From NCBI GenBank assembly GCA_963662265.2, contig CAXXHA010000001.1:1-64000 (forward strand): a DNA stretch of 64,000 bases, written 5' to 3'. Shown here piece by piece: positions 47,708 through 57,776 of the stretch. The notes under the pieces were generated by a model. It searched no databases. It was not told the DNA's origin and saw only the letters and a list, made by a program, of their open reading frames with translations. The stretch is from Spirochaetia bacterium. GTDB lineage: Bacteria > Spirochaetota > Spirochaetia > CADAEX01. How positions within the stretch are numbered: the first letter of the stretch is position 1; each line of letters begins with the position of its first letter. The position numbers and the translations under genes are program-made.

Positions 47708-49542
47708 TAAAAATCCCCCTTTCCTGGTTCTGAATCAGCTTCAGTATCTGCTGCTATATGCGGTTCAGTTTCCGTTTCGCTGGCAGATCCGATAAACGGT
47801 TCAGCAAACAGTTCGTCATCCGCCCCTTTAAACCACCAGCTTTCCTCGCTGATCTCATAACATGCAGAGCTTTCAGGAAAAGCTATACAGTCCCTGAAAG
47901 CGATTTTATAATCTGTTGAAACACCTAAAGGGACAACATAATTACCGGACATGAGAAGTCTGTCGAGCTCCTGTGCATATTTACGAAGCTCATTTCTGCT
48001 TTGTGATGAGATTACAGCCTCGATAAGTCTGTCAGCCTCGGGATCTGACAAACCGATAAGGTTACGCCCTCCGCTGTCAGGCTGCGTATATTTTGAATGC
48101 CAGCTGAATGAGATTTCCATTCCCGGCCATAAACGCTGCCCATGTCCTGATGCAACTACATCATACCGGTAATTCTTTAGCCTGTTTATAAACTGCGAAG
48201 AATCGACAAGCTGAACAGTTGCAGTTATACCAAGCTGCTTCAATGAATTTATCCAAGGCTGGGCAAGTCTCTGCTTGTGGGTGGAATTTGTAAGTATACG
48301 GAATGTAAACGGGATCCCTTTATCATCTACAAGTCTTCCCTTTTCAACAGACCAACCTGCTTTTTCAAGGAGCCGGGATGCATTGATGAGTTTCTGCCTG
48401 CTATAAGGTGATCCTGAATATTTTCCATTATCCTTCAGCTCTGTATTGGGAAAAGCTGAAAGGTCTGAATTTGTGAAAAAACTGCTGCACTGAACATACT
48501 GGCTGTTAAGATAGTGCGTATTTATCCAGTCCCAGTCAAAGGCAAGCAGCAGTGCCTTTCTTACATCAGGATTATCAAAAGGCTTTCTTCGGATGTTGAA
48601 AAAAAATCCTTCAATACCCTGAGGCTTTAAATGCGGGATCTTAACAACAGAGATATCTGGCATCTTATTTATTGCTTTGATATTTTTGGAAGATGTGATC
48701 TCATGAATATCATAAAGACCTGCCTTGAATGCTTCCATAGCAACAGCGCTGTCCATAAAATACTCATATCTTATCCTGTCAAAATTATAAAGGTTTTTCC
48801 TTACCGGCAGGTCTTTTGCCCAGTAATCTTTTACCCTTTCATATACTATGTTTCTTCCCTGTTCAAAAGAGGCAATTCTGTAAGGACCGCTGCCTAAAGG
48901 GATTTCAAGCGTAGTGCTGTCAGTATCCCTCTTACCCCACCATTTTTCAGGATACACCTGCAGCGATGAAACTATAAGAGGCATTTCCCTTGGAGCATCC
49001 GCACTGAAGCGGAATTCTACCCTTCTGTCATCAAGAGCTTTTACTGATTCAACATGCCTGAAAAAGATCCTGATTGTATTTCCGAAATTATTAATCAGTG
49101 TCTCGAAAGAAAACACAACATCATGGGCAGTTATGCTGCTTCCGTCATGAAAGCTTGCATCAGGATGAATATTAAAGACAATACGCGACCTGTCTTTAGC
49201 AAGCTGCATGGATTCTGCTATAAGGCCGTATACAGTATAGGGCTCATCGGCAGACCTTACACAGAGCGAATCATCAGTAAGATAAAAAGCTGCGGAAGGT
49301 TTTCCCTTCATCGTAAAGGGATTGAAATTGTCGAATGTACCTAACGCATGCTTCCTGAGTTCACCTCCCTTGACAGCATTATCAGATGTATAATTAAAAG
49401 ATCTGAAGTCTGCTTCATATGCGGGAACATCTCCAAGTGACATAGCATGAACAGGCGGTTCGAGATTATCATCTGCATAAAGGTCTATTGAGATAAATAG
49501 TGTTAGAAATATTATTAGAATTCGGTGTGTTTTAAAAATCAT
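47707..49542 (-). CDS. yejA: Family 5 solute-binding protein, YejA-like
   Basis: KGGELR, GTFDNFNPF, DEPYTVYGLIAE, LGSGPY, YERVKDYWAKDLPV. Confidence 0.9.
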   Translation of the reverse strand: MIFKTHRILIIFLTLFISIDLYADDNLEPPVHAMSLGDVPAYEADFRSFNYTSDNAVKGGELRKHALGTFDNFNPFTMKGKPSAAFYLTDDSLCVRSADEPYTVYGLIAESMQLAKDRSRIVFNIHPDASFHDGSSITAHDVVFSFETLINNFGNTIRIFFRHVESVKALDDRRVEFRFSADAPREMPLIVSSLQVYPEKWWGKRDTDSTTLEIPLGSGPYRIASFEQGRNIVYERVKDYWAKDLPVRKNLYNFDRIRYEYFMDSAVAMEAFKAGLYDIHEITSSKNIKAINKMPDISVVKIPHLKPQGIEGFFFNIRRKPFDNPDVRKALLLAFDWDWINTHYLNSQYVQCSSFFTNSDLSAFPNTELKDNGKYSGSPYSRQKLINASRLLEKAGWSVEKGRLVDDKGIPFTFRILTNSTHKQRLAQPWINSLKQLGITATVQLVDSSQFINRLKNYRYDVVASGHGQRLWPGMEISFSWHSKYTQPDSGGRNLIGLSDPEADRLIEAVISSQSRNELRKYAQELDRLLMSGNYVVPLGVSTDYKIAFRDCIAFPESSACYEISEESWWFKGADDELFAEPFIGSASETETEPHIAADTEADSEPGKGDF

Positions 49543-49637
49543 ATATAGTTTTCAATTCAGGTTGTTTTACCGATCATGGACAAAAAAATCTAAAGAATAT
49601 CACCAGCTGACAGCATGAAAACAACCTTTTTTTAAAA

Positions 49638-49666
49638 TCTTAAAGCCGGAAAACCCGGCTTTAAGA
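49638..49666 (-). terminator. Hairpin after the TonB receptor gene (terminator or stabiliser)
   Basis: TCTTAAAGCCGG-AAAAC-CCGGCTTTAAGA perfect 12-bp stem. Confidence 0.75.
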
Positions 49667-49673
49667 AATATTA

Positions 49674-51719
49674 CTAAAAGGATGCTGTGCAGGAGACTCT
49701 TACATCTCTTGCAGGACCTGTAGATCCCCTATAGGTTTCATATTCTTCATCAAAGATATTATTAACAGCAAGGTCTACCCTGTAATCAGCAGCAGATTTT
49801 TTTTCAGCTGTTTTCCACACCATACCAGCGCCATGAACATTGTAGGCATCATCAGAACCGCCCATTAAAGTATAATCACTTTCATCTACAAATTTAGATT
49901 TCCAGAAAAAAGCAAGACCTGCTTTTGGAACAGCAGCGCCAAGCCTCACAGTAACATTCTGGGGGACAGAACCTGTTTTTTTGTCTTTATCATCCTGATC
50001 TTCCCCTTTAATTATTCCATATGCAACATCTACAGAATAATTGCTTACCCTGATACCGGAATCAAGCTCAAAACCTGTTCTTTTAACTTCCCCTGTATTT
50101 ATATTTGTATATTCCATGATCCCGCCGTTCATAGTAAAATCAGGAGAAGCGCTTATAAAATCCTCAACAGTCTCTGTAAATACGACAGCTTTTGCCCTGA
50201 AGGCATCATCTTTTGTTATTATATTGTCAAATTTAAAACCAATACCTGCTTCATATGTTTTAGCTACTTCCGGATCAAGATCAGGATTCGCAACAACCCT
50301 GATAGGATAAGGAGCCCAATCCATCTCAAAATAAATCTCATCCATTGTAGGCGCCCTGAAAGTCTCAGCATATGATCCGTAAACATTGACCCATTCAAAA
50401 GGTGTCAGCTGCACAGCTATCTGGGGGGAGAGTCTTGATTCTTTCTGATCTTCAGCATCAAAAACAGATTCATTAGCTTCCCTTACATAATATGAATATC
50501 TTGCGGCAGGTATTATATGGACTTTGTCATAAATCCCCAGATCAAATCTCGCAAACGCACCAAGGTCTTTTGCATCTGCGTCAGGTCTTGATGAATCAGG
50601 ATTTCCCGCATCAGTTCCTTCCTGATGATCAAAAGAAGCATCTCCCCCTACTGTTATATCGTAGGTAACAGCTTCTACAAAAGCGCCTGAAAAATTATTA
50701 TAGGCATCTATTCCTATTGAATGGAAATCATCTTTGAGATCTCTTACTCCATTGTCATATTTATTAATCCGGTTCACATACTGGGAACTTAGATGAAAAT
50801 CAACAAGACCATTGTCTTCAAAAATATTATAAGAAAAATTTACTCTCTGCTGATCAGTACCGCACTCAACAGTACTTCCACATTTAAGAGCATCGTTTAA
50901 GACATTGAAAGATAATGAGAGGTCCTGGTCTTCATCAGGAAAAAGAGACAGCTTGGCAAGAGCAGAAACACTATTTCCGTCCCTCTCTACTGAATCGTTT
51001 TTTGAATCAGGACTGCTTGATTTATATTCTCCATAATTCCTTACAGAACCTGAATAAATAAAATCAGCATAATCTGACCTGCCGTAAACAGATACAACCT
51101 GTGTATATTCTTCCAGAGCCGAAGAATAACCGGAACGAAGAGAAACGCCTTTATTTTCACCCTCTTTAAGAAGATCAGCAGCATCTACTGTTTCCATTGT
51201 TATAACACCGCCGATACCCCCGCTGCCGTGAAGAACAGAAGCAGCTCCTCTGACAACTTCGACTTCCTTGATAAGCGATGGATCAATTGGAGCTGAACTT
51301 GCGCCGATACCGCTTGCAGCCTGATAAGTCTGTCTAACGCCGTCAACCTTCACTATTATTTCATCCTGATCGAGCCCTCTTAATGAATATCTTTCAATCG
51401 GACCTGCAGATGAATTGTCAAAATCCACATTCGGGATATCCTCAAGCAGATCCGCCATTGAAGTTGCCTGCGATCTTAGAATGTCTTCGTTATCAACAAC
51501 TACTGCAGAGTTTGCTGTATCAAAAGCTGTAGACTCGTCTCTTGTTGCAGCAACTATGATATTGTCAAGTTCCATCGGTTTCTCTTCGTTAACCGCTTCT
51601 TTTTTATCTTCTTCTTCCTTTATTTTATCTTCTGCATCCTGGGCCCATACCCCGTTTAAGCAGAAAAAAACAAGGAAAAGAACAGTAAAATTTTTAATAA
51701 CACTATCTTTTTTCAGCAT
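49674..51719 (-). CDS. TonB-dependent receptor (heme/hemoglobin-receptor-like family)
   Basis: TonB box DNIIVAATR, plug EVVRGAASVLHGSGGIGGVI, FRAP...NPDLDPE, C-terminal F. Confidence 0.93.
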   Translation of the reverse strand: MLKKDSVIKNFTVLFLVFFCLNGVWAQDAEDKIKEEEDKKEAVNEEKPMELDNIIVAATRDESTAFDTANSAVVVDNEDILRSQATSMADLLEDIPNVDFDNSSAGPIERYSLRGLDQDEIIVKVDGVRQTYQAASGIGASSAPIDPSLIKEVEVVRGAASVLHGSGGIGGVITMETVDAADLLKEGENKGVSLRSGYSSALEEYTQVVSVYGRSDYADFIYSGSVRNYGEYKSSSPDSKNDSVERDGNSVSALAKLSLFPDEDQDLSLSFNVLNDALKCGSTVECGTDQQRVNFSYNIFEDNGLVDFHLSSQYVNRINKYDNGVRDLKDDFHSIGIDAYNNFSGAFVEAVTYDITVGGDASFDHQEGTDAGNPDSSRPDADAKDLGAFARFDLGIYDKVHIIPAARYSYYVREANESVFDAEDQKESRLSPQIAVQLTPFEWVNVYGSYAETFRAPTMDEIYFEMDWAPYPIRVVANPDLDPEVAKTYEAGIGFKFDNIITKDDAFRAKAVVFTETVEDFISASPDFTMNGGIMEYTNINTGEVKRTGFELDSGIRVSNYSVDVAYGIIKGEDQDDKDKKTGSVPQNVTVRLGAAVPKAGLAFFWKSKFVDESDYTLMGGSDDAYNVHGAGMVWKTAEKKSAADYRVDLAVNNIFDEEYETYRGSTGPARDVRVSCTASF

Positions 51720-51751
51720 TTTGCATATTTCCTTCTTAAAAGCTAATTTTT

Positions 51752-51813
51752 AATTAGATTAATCTAATTTTATTTGATTAATACAACTTAGAAGACATTA
51801 AGAATATTGTCAA
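51752..51813 (-). promoter_or_regulatory. Promoter with perfect palindrome AATTAGATTAATCTAATT and -35 TTGACA
   Basis: Palindrome at 51752-51769; TGTCAA at 51808-51813. Confidence 0.7.
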
Positions 51814-52028
51814 TATATTTTAATATATTTTTATCGATTAAAATCGTGCAGTTTTGCTTTCCAGGCAAAATCATTACTGGCGGTTAAATTATCTGAAACA
51901 GTTTTACACAACCACGGATAAAAATATCATGAGTGTTTTATTATACAGGGGAATTCTAATATCAGAAAAAACGGCACAGTTATGGGAAACATAGATTTCC
52001 AACAGTGCCGTTTAAATAGCAGACACTA

Positions 52029-52508
52029 TCAGGGATTTGTTTTTTTCTGTTTTAATAATTTCGGCACTATAAAAACAGATAAAACAGCTGAAATTAAAAT
52101 AATAATCAACACAGGAACAGGGATAGGGATACCTGTCATATCAGATTTTTCAGGCTGCATGGATGATGCTTCAATATTTACAGTAAAGCCTTCGGGGGGC
52201 GGCGGACCATCCTTGACAACCTTATGACCCGGACCGCCATCAAAAACCAGATAATATGGTTCCTGGGGGATTTTAACTTCTATAATGCTTGTTTCCGGGA
52301 ATTTCTGCTGCACAAGCACCTTCCCTTCCAGTTTTGTCTTGACATAAAAATTCACACCTGCCGCGCCGGCGCTTGTAGAAAAACCTCCCTCAACAGTCAA
52401 AGTACCATCTTCATTATCTTCAATCATCATGAGCGGAGTGTGCGCGGAAAGAGGAGACAGTATAATGCTTAAAAATATTACCGTAAAAATATAAAAATAT
52501 TTTCTCAT
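52029..52508 (-). CDS. Exported, C-terminally anchored protein resembling CbiL/NikL-type metal-transport accessory proteins
   Basis: Signal peptide followed by N-terminal His (AHTPL), EGGFS, FDGGPGH, C-terminal TM segment. Confidence 0.65.
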   Translation of the reverse strand: MRKYFYIFTVIFLSIILSPLSAHTPLMMIEDNEDGTLTVEGGFSTSAGAAGVNFYVKTKLEGKVLVQQKFPETSIIEVKIPQEPYYLVFDGGPGHKVVKDGPPPPEGFTVNIEASSMQPEKSDMTGIPIPVPVLIIILISAVLSVFIVPKLLKQKKTNP

Positions 52509-52519
52509 AAGATTTTCAC

Positions 52520-52939
52520 CTACTTGTTGAAAGTCTTAAGAAATTTGAAAGACCATATAAGCGCAAGAATTCCCGGAACCATTTGCATAACAAATGTTGT
52601 TCCCCCATTTAATATATCGCCCTGAGCTAAATGAAGCAGTGAATGGACACCATTCAAAAGCATCACAATAAGAGCTAAAACAGACAGGGTCTTCCACCCT
52701 GTTTTACTTTTCATTACAAATGACATGAAAGCGGGAGCGATAGTCATTACTACAAAAATAAAAATCATTATCTGCATGCCAGGCTGCTTCATCATGCTGG
52801 CAATTTCATCCAATATCTTTGGATCCATGCCATGAGAAAGCATATTATGCAGGATAGAGTGCATTAAATATCCTAAAAAACTTAGTGTATAAAGACCGGC
52901 TATCTCAAGCCGCCTGATATCTTTTTTGATTTCTTCCAT
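52520..52939 (-). CDS. Hypothetical 4-TM membrane protein with His-rich helices
   Basis: GGAGG RBS; YLMHSILHNMLSH and NGVHSLLH. Confidence 0.7.
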   Translation of the reverse strand: MEEIKKDIRRLEIAGLYTLSFLGYLMHSILHNMLSHGMDPKILDEIASMMKQPGMQIMIFIFVVMTIAPAFMSFVMKSKTGWKTLSVLALIVMLLNGVHSLLHLAQGDILNGGTTFVMQMVPGILALIWSFKFLKTFNK

Positions 52940-53025
52940 AGTTCTTCCTCCATATTTTTTATAGTTTGATAAAAATAATAATCTCAGTAATATCTAAGCA
53001 TTGATTTTTTTTCAGTGTCAATCAA

Positions 53026-53529
53026 TCATAACCTGGCCACTATTCCTTTAAACACGTCAGCTGCCCTGTCAAGGTCTTCTTCATCGGGATGAGTTTCAGC
53101 ATCTTTCCACCTTTTTCTTCTTGCCTCATCAGGGGCATGAGGATGGTCCGGGGGGAGTTTTTCCATCCACTCAGTCAGCGCCGGATCTATCCGCCCCTGG
53201 CAGATAAAATCTCCGAGTACAGTATTTCCTTCAAGGATATTTTTACCTGCATTGATGCATTCAAGGGCATGTATTGAATCCGGATATGCCCCAAGCGTTG
53301 CAAAAATTGCGACTTTTTTTTCTGCGATCTTCTTCATATATTCAAGCGATTTGCTGTCAGGGCCGCCCTTGTCCACCCAGTATCCGAATGCTATAAAATC
53401 ATAACTTTCCGGATCAGGAGCTGTTTTAACACTGTATATCTCACATCTTTCCGGCATGACTTTATAAACAGCCTCTGCAACTTTTTTTGTATTGCCGGTC
53501 TTGCTTGAATAGACCACCATTGTTTTCAT
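53026..53529 (-). CDS. Flavodoxin-family protein, HmuF-like
   Basis: YSSKTGNTKKVA, GYWVDKG, FATLGAYPDSIHA, CQGRID...HPH...THPD. Confidence 0.9.
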   Translation of the reverse strand: MKTMVVYSSKTGNTKKVAEAVYKVMPERCEIYSVKTAPDPESYDFIAFGYWVDKGGPDSKSLEYMKKIAEKKVAIFATLGAYPDSIHALECINAGKNILEGNTVLGDFICQGRIDPALTEWMEKLPPDHPHAPDEARRKRWKDAETHPDEEDLDRAADVFKGIVARL

Positions 53530-54950
53530 GTTGTTTCCTCCCTGTCTCCTATTTCTATTTTATAATCACACGTATCCTGCATAAGCTCATAGTCATGGGT
53601 TATTATCAGAATTATTCTCCCTTTCATGGCTTCTTTCTTTAGAATCTTTTTAATTATGGAAAGATTTTTTCCGTCAAGCCCGCTTGTCGGTTCATCAAGA
53701 ATAAGAATATCTGGATCTTTCATCAGCGAACACGCAATCACAAGTCTCTGCTTCTGTCCGCCCGACAGGGACTGGGGATGTCTTTCCTTGAAATCAATAA
53801 GCCCGAGCTCATCAAGAATCATCTCTGCCTTATTCTTCTCTTCCGTTGTTTTTTTCCTTCCTGCTGTAAGTTCTTCAAAAACTGTTTTCATGTAAAGCTG
53901 ATGATCAGTGTTCTGAAAAACAACACCGGATTTTTTCAGGAGCTCCTTTCCCTTTTCAGCTTTACCGTTCAGTATTATTTCCCCATCCTTCATCTTCAAA
54001 AGTCCGGTCAGCAGTTTCGCGAATGTGGTTTTTCCCGCTCCGTTTTTTCCTACAACCGCACAGACACTGCCGGAGGGAATCCTAACAGAATAGCAGTTAA
54101 ACACAGACTTACCTTTTTTATATTTAAAATTAAGATTCTCAACTGCGAGACATTTTCCTGATGCCTCTCCATTATTTTCAGGAGAACCCACATCTTCAAG
54201 AAAACCGAATCCCTTCTTTACAGAAAGCTGCCTGAGGCCGTATTTCCCGACAACCTGATCAGATTCAAGAATACCGAAGTTCCCTTTTTCTGCAATCCGC
54301 CCCCTGTCCATTATATAAACTGTATCAATGAGGGATGAGAGCCAGTAAAGCCTGTGATCAACAACTATAATTGTTTTTCCCTCTTTTTTGAGATCTGAAA
54401 GATGGGATGCAAGCATTTCTGTTGACTGATAATCAAGGTTCGCAGTCGGTTCATCAAGAACAACTATGCAGTTGCCGGAAAGAGATAAAGAAGCAAGAGC
54501 TGTCTTCTGTTTTTCCCCTTCTGAAAGATTAAAAATAGAAGAATCAAGAACTTTATCCAGCTTATACTTTTCAGAGACTGCTTCAACTTTGATTTTTATG
54601 TCATCAGGTTCATCTCCCCGGATTTCATTAATAAGTGACAGCTCACTCCGTACTTTAAGAGTAAAAAACTGCTGTTCCGGATCCTGAAAAAGACTTCCCG
54701 CATCTTTCGCGATTTCACATACCCGGCGTTCAGAATTATCAATGTTATTAACCCTGACACTTCCTTCAAGGTTTCCGAGATAATAATGGGGAATGAGACC
54801 GTTCAACACCCTGGAAAGTGTTGACTTACCGCAGCCGGAAGGCCCTGTTATAAGAACTGCTTCCCCTTTCTTTATTTCAAGATTTATATCTTCAAGAGCT
54901 TTTGTATCTGAAAAAGGATAGCTGTATGAAAGATTTTTTACATGTATCAT
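53526..54950 (-). CDS. ECF transporter dual-ATPase
   Basis: GPSGCGKS and GKNGAGKT; FQDPEQQFF; start MIHVKNL overlaps the T-component stop (ATGA). Confidence 0.9.
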   Translation of the reverse strand: MIHVKNLSYSYPFSDTKALEDINLEIKKGEAVLITGPSGCGKSTLSRVLNGLIPHYYLGNLEGSVRVNNIDNSERRVCEIAKDAGSLFQDPEQQFFTLKVRSELSLINEIRGDEPDDIKIKVEAVSEKYKLDKVLDSSIFNLSEGEKQKTALASLSLSGNCIVVLDEPTANLDYQSTEMLASHLSDLKKEGKTIIVVDHRLYWLSSLIDTVYIMDRGRIAEKGNFGILESDQVVGKYGLRQLSVKKGFGFLEDVGSPENNGEASGKCLAVENLNFKYKKGKSVFNCYSVRIPSGSVCAVVGKNGAGKTTFAKLLTGLLKMKDGEIILNGKAEKGKELLKKSGVVFQNTDHQLYMKTVFEELTAGRKKTTEEKNKAEMILDELGLIDFKERHPQSLSGGQKQRLVIACSLMKDPDILILDEPTSGLDGKNLSIIKKILKKEAMKGRIILIITHDYELMQDTCDYKIEIGDREETT

Positions 54951-55696
54951 GAAAGTATACCCCTTTCCACTAAGAGACCAGCCGCAATAATCAGGGCTGC
55001 TGGAATCCCTATAATATAATCTTCCCTGCACGGTTTAACAGCTGCATACCTGCCTGTATCAGCGCTGTCGATTATCCCTTTTATATCAGCAGCAATTGAC
55101 AGTTCATCTGATGATCTCAATGCCCTTATCACGGCAGGAACAATCAGAAGCCTTACAGACATCAGGGGATGAATTACTATAGTTATAAAATTAACACTGA
55201 TATTCCGGACTTTCAGACTTTCCCTGATATATTTAACATCATTAATAAACGACGGAATAAATCTTATAATCACAATAAGCGGAAAATATATAAAAGAAGG
55301 AAGTCTCAGGAATTTAAGGGAATTTATCAGAGAATCCATAGATGTTGAAAACGCTATCACCATGGTTATGTTGGACATGACCGATACCCTTAAAAAAGGG
55401 ATAAGCATTGAAAAATCACTGTCCCCTGTACCGTGTCCTGACATTATTTTTCCCATAAGGAATGAGAAAAACAGTGATATTGAAAACATTACAAGAATCA
55501 TCAGGTAGTAGACAAACATGGCCTTGAATTTCTTCAGCATTCCCGCGTAAATAAATGAGGCTGCAAAAAAAATCAAAAGAGATTCCTTCTGATCAAGAAA
55601 AACAATTAAAACTGACAAAATCAGAGAAAGAATTATCTTGGTAAGAACATTTACCCTGTGGATAAAACCATCGCCCCGTATATTCTGAAATATCAT
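54947..55696 (-). CDS. ECF transporter T component
   Basis: IRFIPSF, SLKVRN, IRALRSSDELSIAADIKG. Confidence 0.88.
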   Translation of the reverse strand: MIFQNIRGDGFIHRVNVLTKIILSLILSVLIVFLDQKESLLIFFAASFIYAGMLKKFKAMFVYYLMILVMFSISLFFSFLMGKIMSGHGTGDSDFSMLIPFLRVSVMSNITMVIAFSTSMDSLINSLKFLRLPSFIYFPLIVIIRFIPSFINDVKYIRESLKVRNISVNFITIVIHPLMSVRLLIVPAVIRALRSSDELSIAADIKGIIDSADTGRYAAVKPCREDYIIGIPAALIIAAGLLVERGILS

Positions 55697-56250
55697 AACC
55701 GTATTATCCCCGCATGTTTAAGTTCTTTTGAAAAATACATACCGGTAAATATTCCTGCAATGCATCCTGTATATCCGATAGAAACAGTTATCACTGCAAA
55801 ATAGAGAAGGTTTATATTTTCCCTCATGAAGAGAAAACCGAGTCCCAGAGATGCTATTCTGTACGCAGTCTCATAGAACCCGAGTCCGATAAGAACTGCT
55901 GCAGTATTACGGTACCCCCCCAGAAGAACAATCAGCCAGTCACCGATAAGACCTGCAAGAAGAGCCATCGGGGCAATCATCATCCCCCGCCCCATCATAA
56001 CCATCGTCATTATTGAATTGATAAGAACATACAGGGAAAGAACCCCGTATTTTCTTACCCTGTATAAAAGAATAACAAGCAGGGACGTGGCAATAAGATT
56101 TTTCAGAATCATTGCCACAGGATTCATACCTCCCCCGGTTATTGAGACAAGGAAGCTGGAAATCCGTATCAGAGCGGCAAATATCCCGATCGATACAATC
56201 TCCCAGCTTTCCCAGTATTTTTTCTTTTTAATCATCTGTTTCTTTTCCAT
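55693..56250 (-). CDS. MptD-family ECF S component
   Basis: IVSIGIFAAL, KYGVL, LGGY, C-terminal ELKHAGII. Confidence 0.82.
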   Translation of the reverse strand: MEKKQMIKKKKYWESWEIVSIGIFAALIRISSFLVSITGGGMNPVAMILKNLIATSLLVILLYRVRKYGVLSLYVLINSIMTMVMMGRGMMIAPMALLAGLIGDWLIVLLGGYRNTAAVLIGLGFYETAYRIASLGLGFLFMRENINLLYFAVITVSIGYTGCIAGIFTGMYFSKELKHAGIIRL

Positions 56251-57776
56251 TTATAGTAATCAATAATATTCTGGACAATATTCACATTCCAGAATTCCCC
56301 TGCTTCTGTAAGCCTAATGTTTCCCTGTTTTTCTGAAACAATCATTCCAGCCTTTTCCCACTGTGAAAACAGCGGATTATAAAAAGCTGATTTTTCCCCT
56401 GATTCCGGGCAGGGAAGATCGCTTAAATTAAACCCGGAAAACTCTTCAATCAGACCGGTTATTCTGCCGAACTGAGAATCATCAGTATCTTTTTCCGCTA
56501 TCATCCCGACAGGCTTGCTCACCTGTTCTACCTGTCTATAATAACTGTCAAGGCTCATCCCCTGCATAAGCCGGTAATTTCCGATATTGCCCCCGGCGCC
56601 GCACCCTGAAGGAATACAGGTATACCCATATTTGGAATAAATATTATAAAGGCTTCTTTCACGGGATGAAATTTTCCAATGGCGGAGAGATGCCCTTACA
56701 GCAAACCGGTTTCGGAAAAATGCATTTGAAAATCTGAAAAAGTCAGCCTGCTGCTTAAAATCAGCTGGAGGCGGAAGCCTGCCTTCTCTGATTTTTTCAG
56801 TTATCGGGGTCCCGGGAAAAAGATTAAGCTGATAAATACTGCACCCGTCAACTGAAGTCTCTTCTGTTAAGGTTTCAAGCTCTCTTTTCCATCCTTCCAG
56901 ACTCTGTCCGGGCAGCCCATAAATGAGATCAACAGCCACAGCTGCCTGATTAAGCGATGTTATAAAGGATAGCCTGTCAAGAATTTTATCTCTTGAGAGA
57001 ATCCGTCCAACACTCTGCCTTAGCCTGGTATCAAAACTCTGAACCCCGAAAGAAAAGCGGTTAACACCTTTTTCAAGGCATACATCAATTTTTCTGTCAG
57101 AAAAACCGAATAATCGCCCCTCTAATGTAATCTCACAGTCATTTGCCATTGGATACCACTGCCTCACGGCATCAAGAAGCTTTCCAAGACTCAGTTCTGA
57201 AAGGTCTGTAGGAGTTCCTCCCCCTATGTAAACAGCATTAAGGAGAAATCCTGAAGAAAAAAGCTTTTTCCCTGTAATTTTGATCTCTTTAACAAGAGCA
57301 TCAGCATATTCATCCATTCTGTCTGCATCTGTCCTGTTTCTGTAGAAAGCACAGAAATCACAGTTTTTTATGCAGAAAGGGATATGGATGTATGCAACAG
57401 CCTTTTCTACGGGCAGTAAATTATCAAAAAGCTTCTCAGAGACTGAGGCTGCATCTTTTTCATTAAGAGACTTACCTGAAGCACCTGCATGAACAGAGGG
57501 TTTGCTGTTAAATCCGGAATAAATCGGAAGATCTCCTGTATTCGCATGAAACCTTTCTATACCTTCATGTTTTGACAGGTGACTTTTGTTGTGCACAACA
57601 TTAAAACCGCCACGAAGCTCCGCAAGGAGCTCCGTGGTAATTGTTGTAATTTTTTTTTCTGAAGCATATTTTTCCGCTTTAGCCCTGATCATAGGCTGAA
57701 CAAAATCCGGGGCCTTTCTGACCTCAGAAACAGCTTCCTCTGACCAGTTTAAAGCAACAGCTGATCTTTTACACAT
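56232..57776 (-). CDS. hutW: ChuW/HutW-like radical SAM methyltransferase (anaerobic heme degradation) with N-terminal PCP_red-like domain
   Basis: YIHIPFCIKNCDFC (CX3CX2C), YIGGGTPT, NDCEITLEGR, RFSFGVQSFDT, ERSLYN, GCGAGG. Confidence 0.85.
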   Translation of the reverse strand: MCKRSAVALNWSEEAVSEVRKAPDFVQPMIRAKAEKYASEKKITTITTELLAELRGGFNVVHNKSHLSKHEGIERFHANTGDLPIYSGFNSKPSVHAGASGKSLNEKDAASVSEKLFDNLLPVEKAVAYIHIPFCIKNCDFCAFYRNRTDADRMDEYADALVKEIKITGKKLFSSGFLLNAVYIGGGTPTDLSELSLGKLLDAVRQWYPMANDCEITLEGRLFGFSDRKIDVCLEKGVNRFSFGVQSFDTRLRQSVGRILSRDKILDRLSFITSLNQAAVAVDLIYGLPGQSLEGWKRELETLTEETSVDGCSIYQLNLFPGTPITEKIREGRLPPPADFKQQADFFRFSNAFFRNRFAVRASLRHWKISSRERSLYNIYSKYGYTCIPSGCGAGGNIGNYRLMQGMSLDSYYRQVEQVSKPVGMIAEKDTDDSQFGRITGLIEEFSGFNLSDLPCPESGEKSAFYNPLFSQWEKAGMIVSEKQGNIRLTEAGEFWNVNIVQNIIDYYKWKRNR

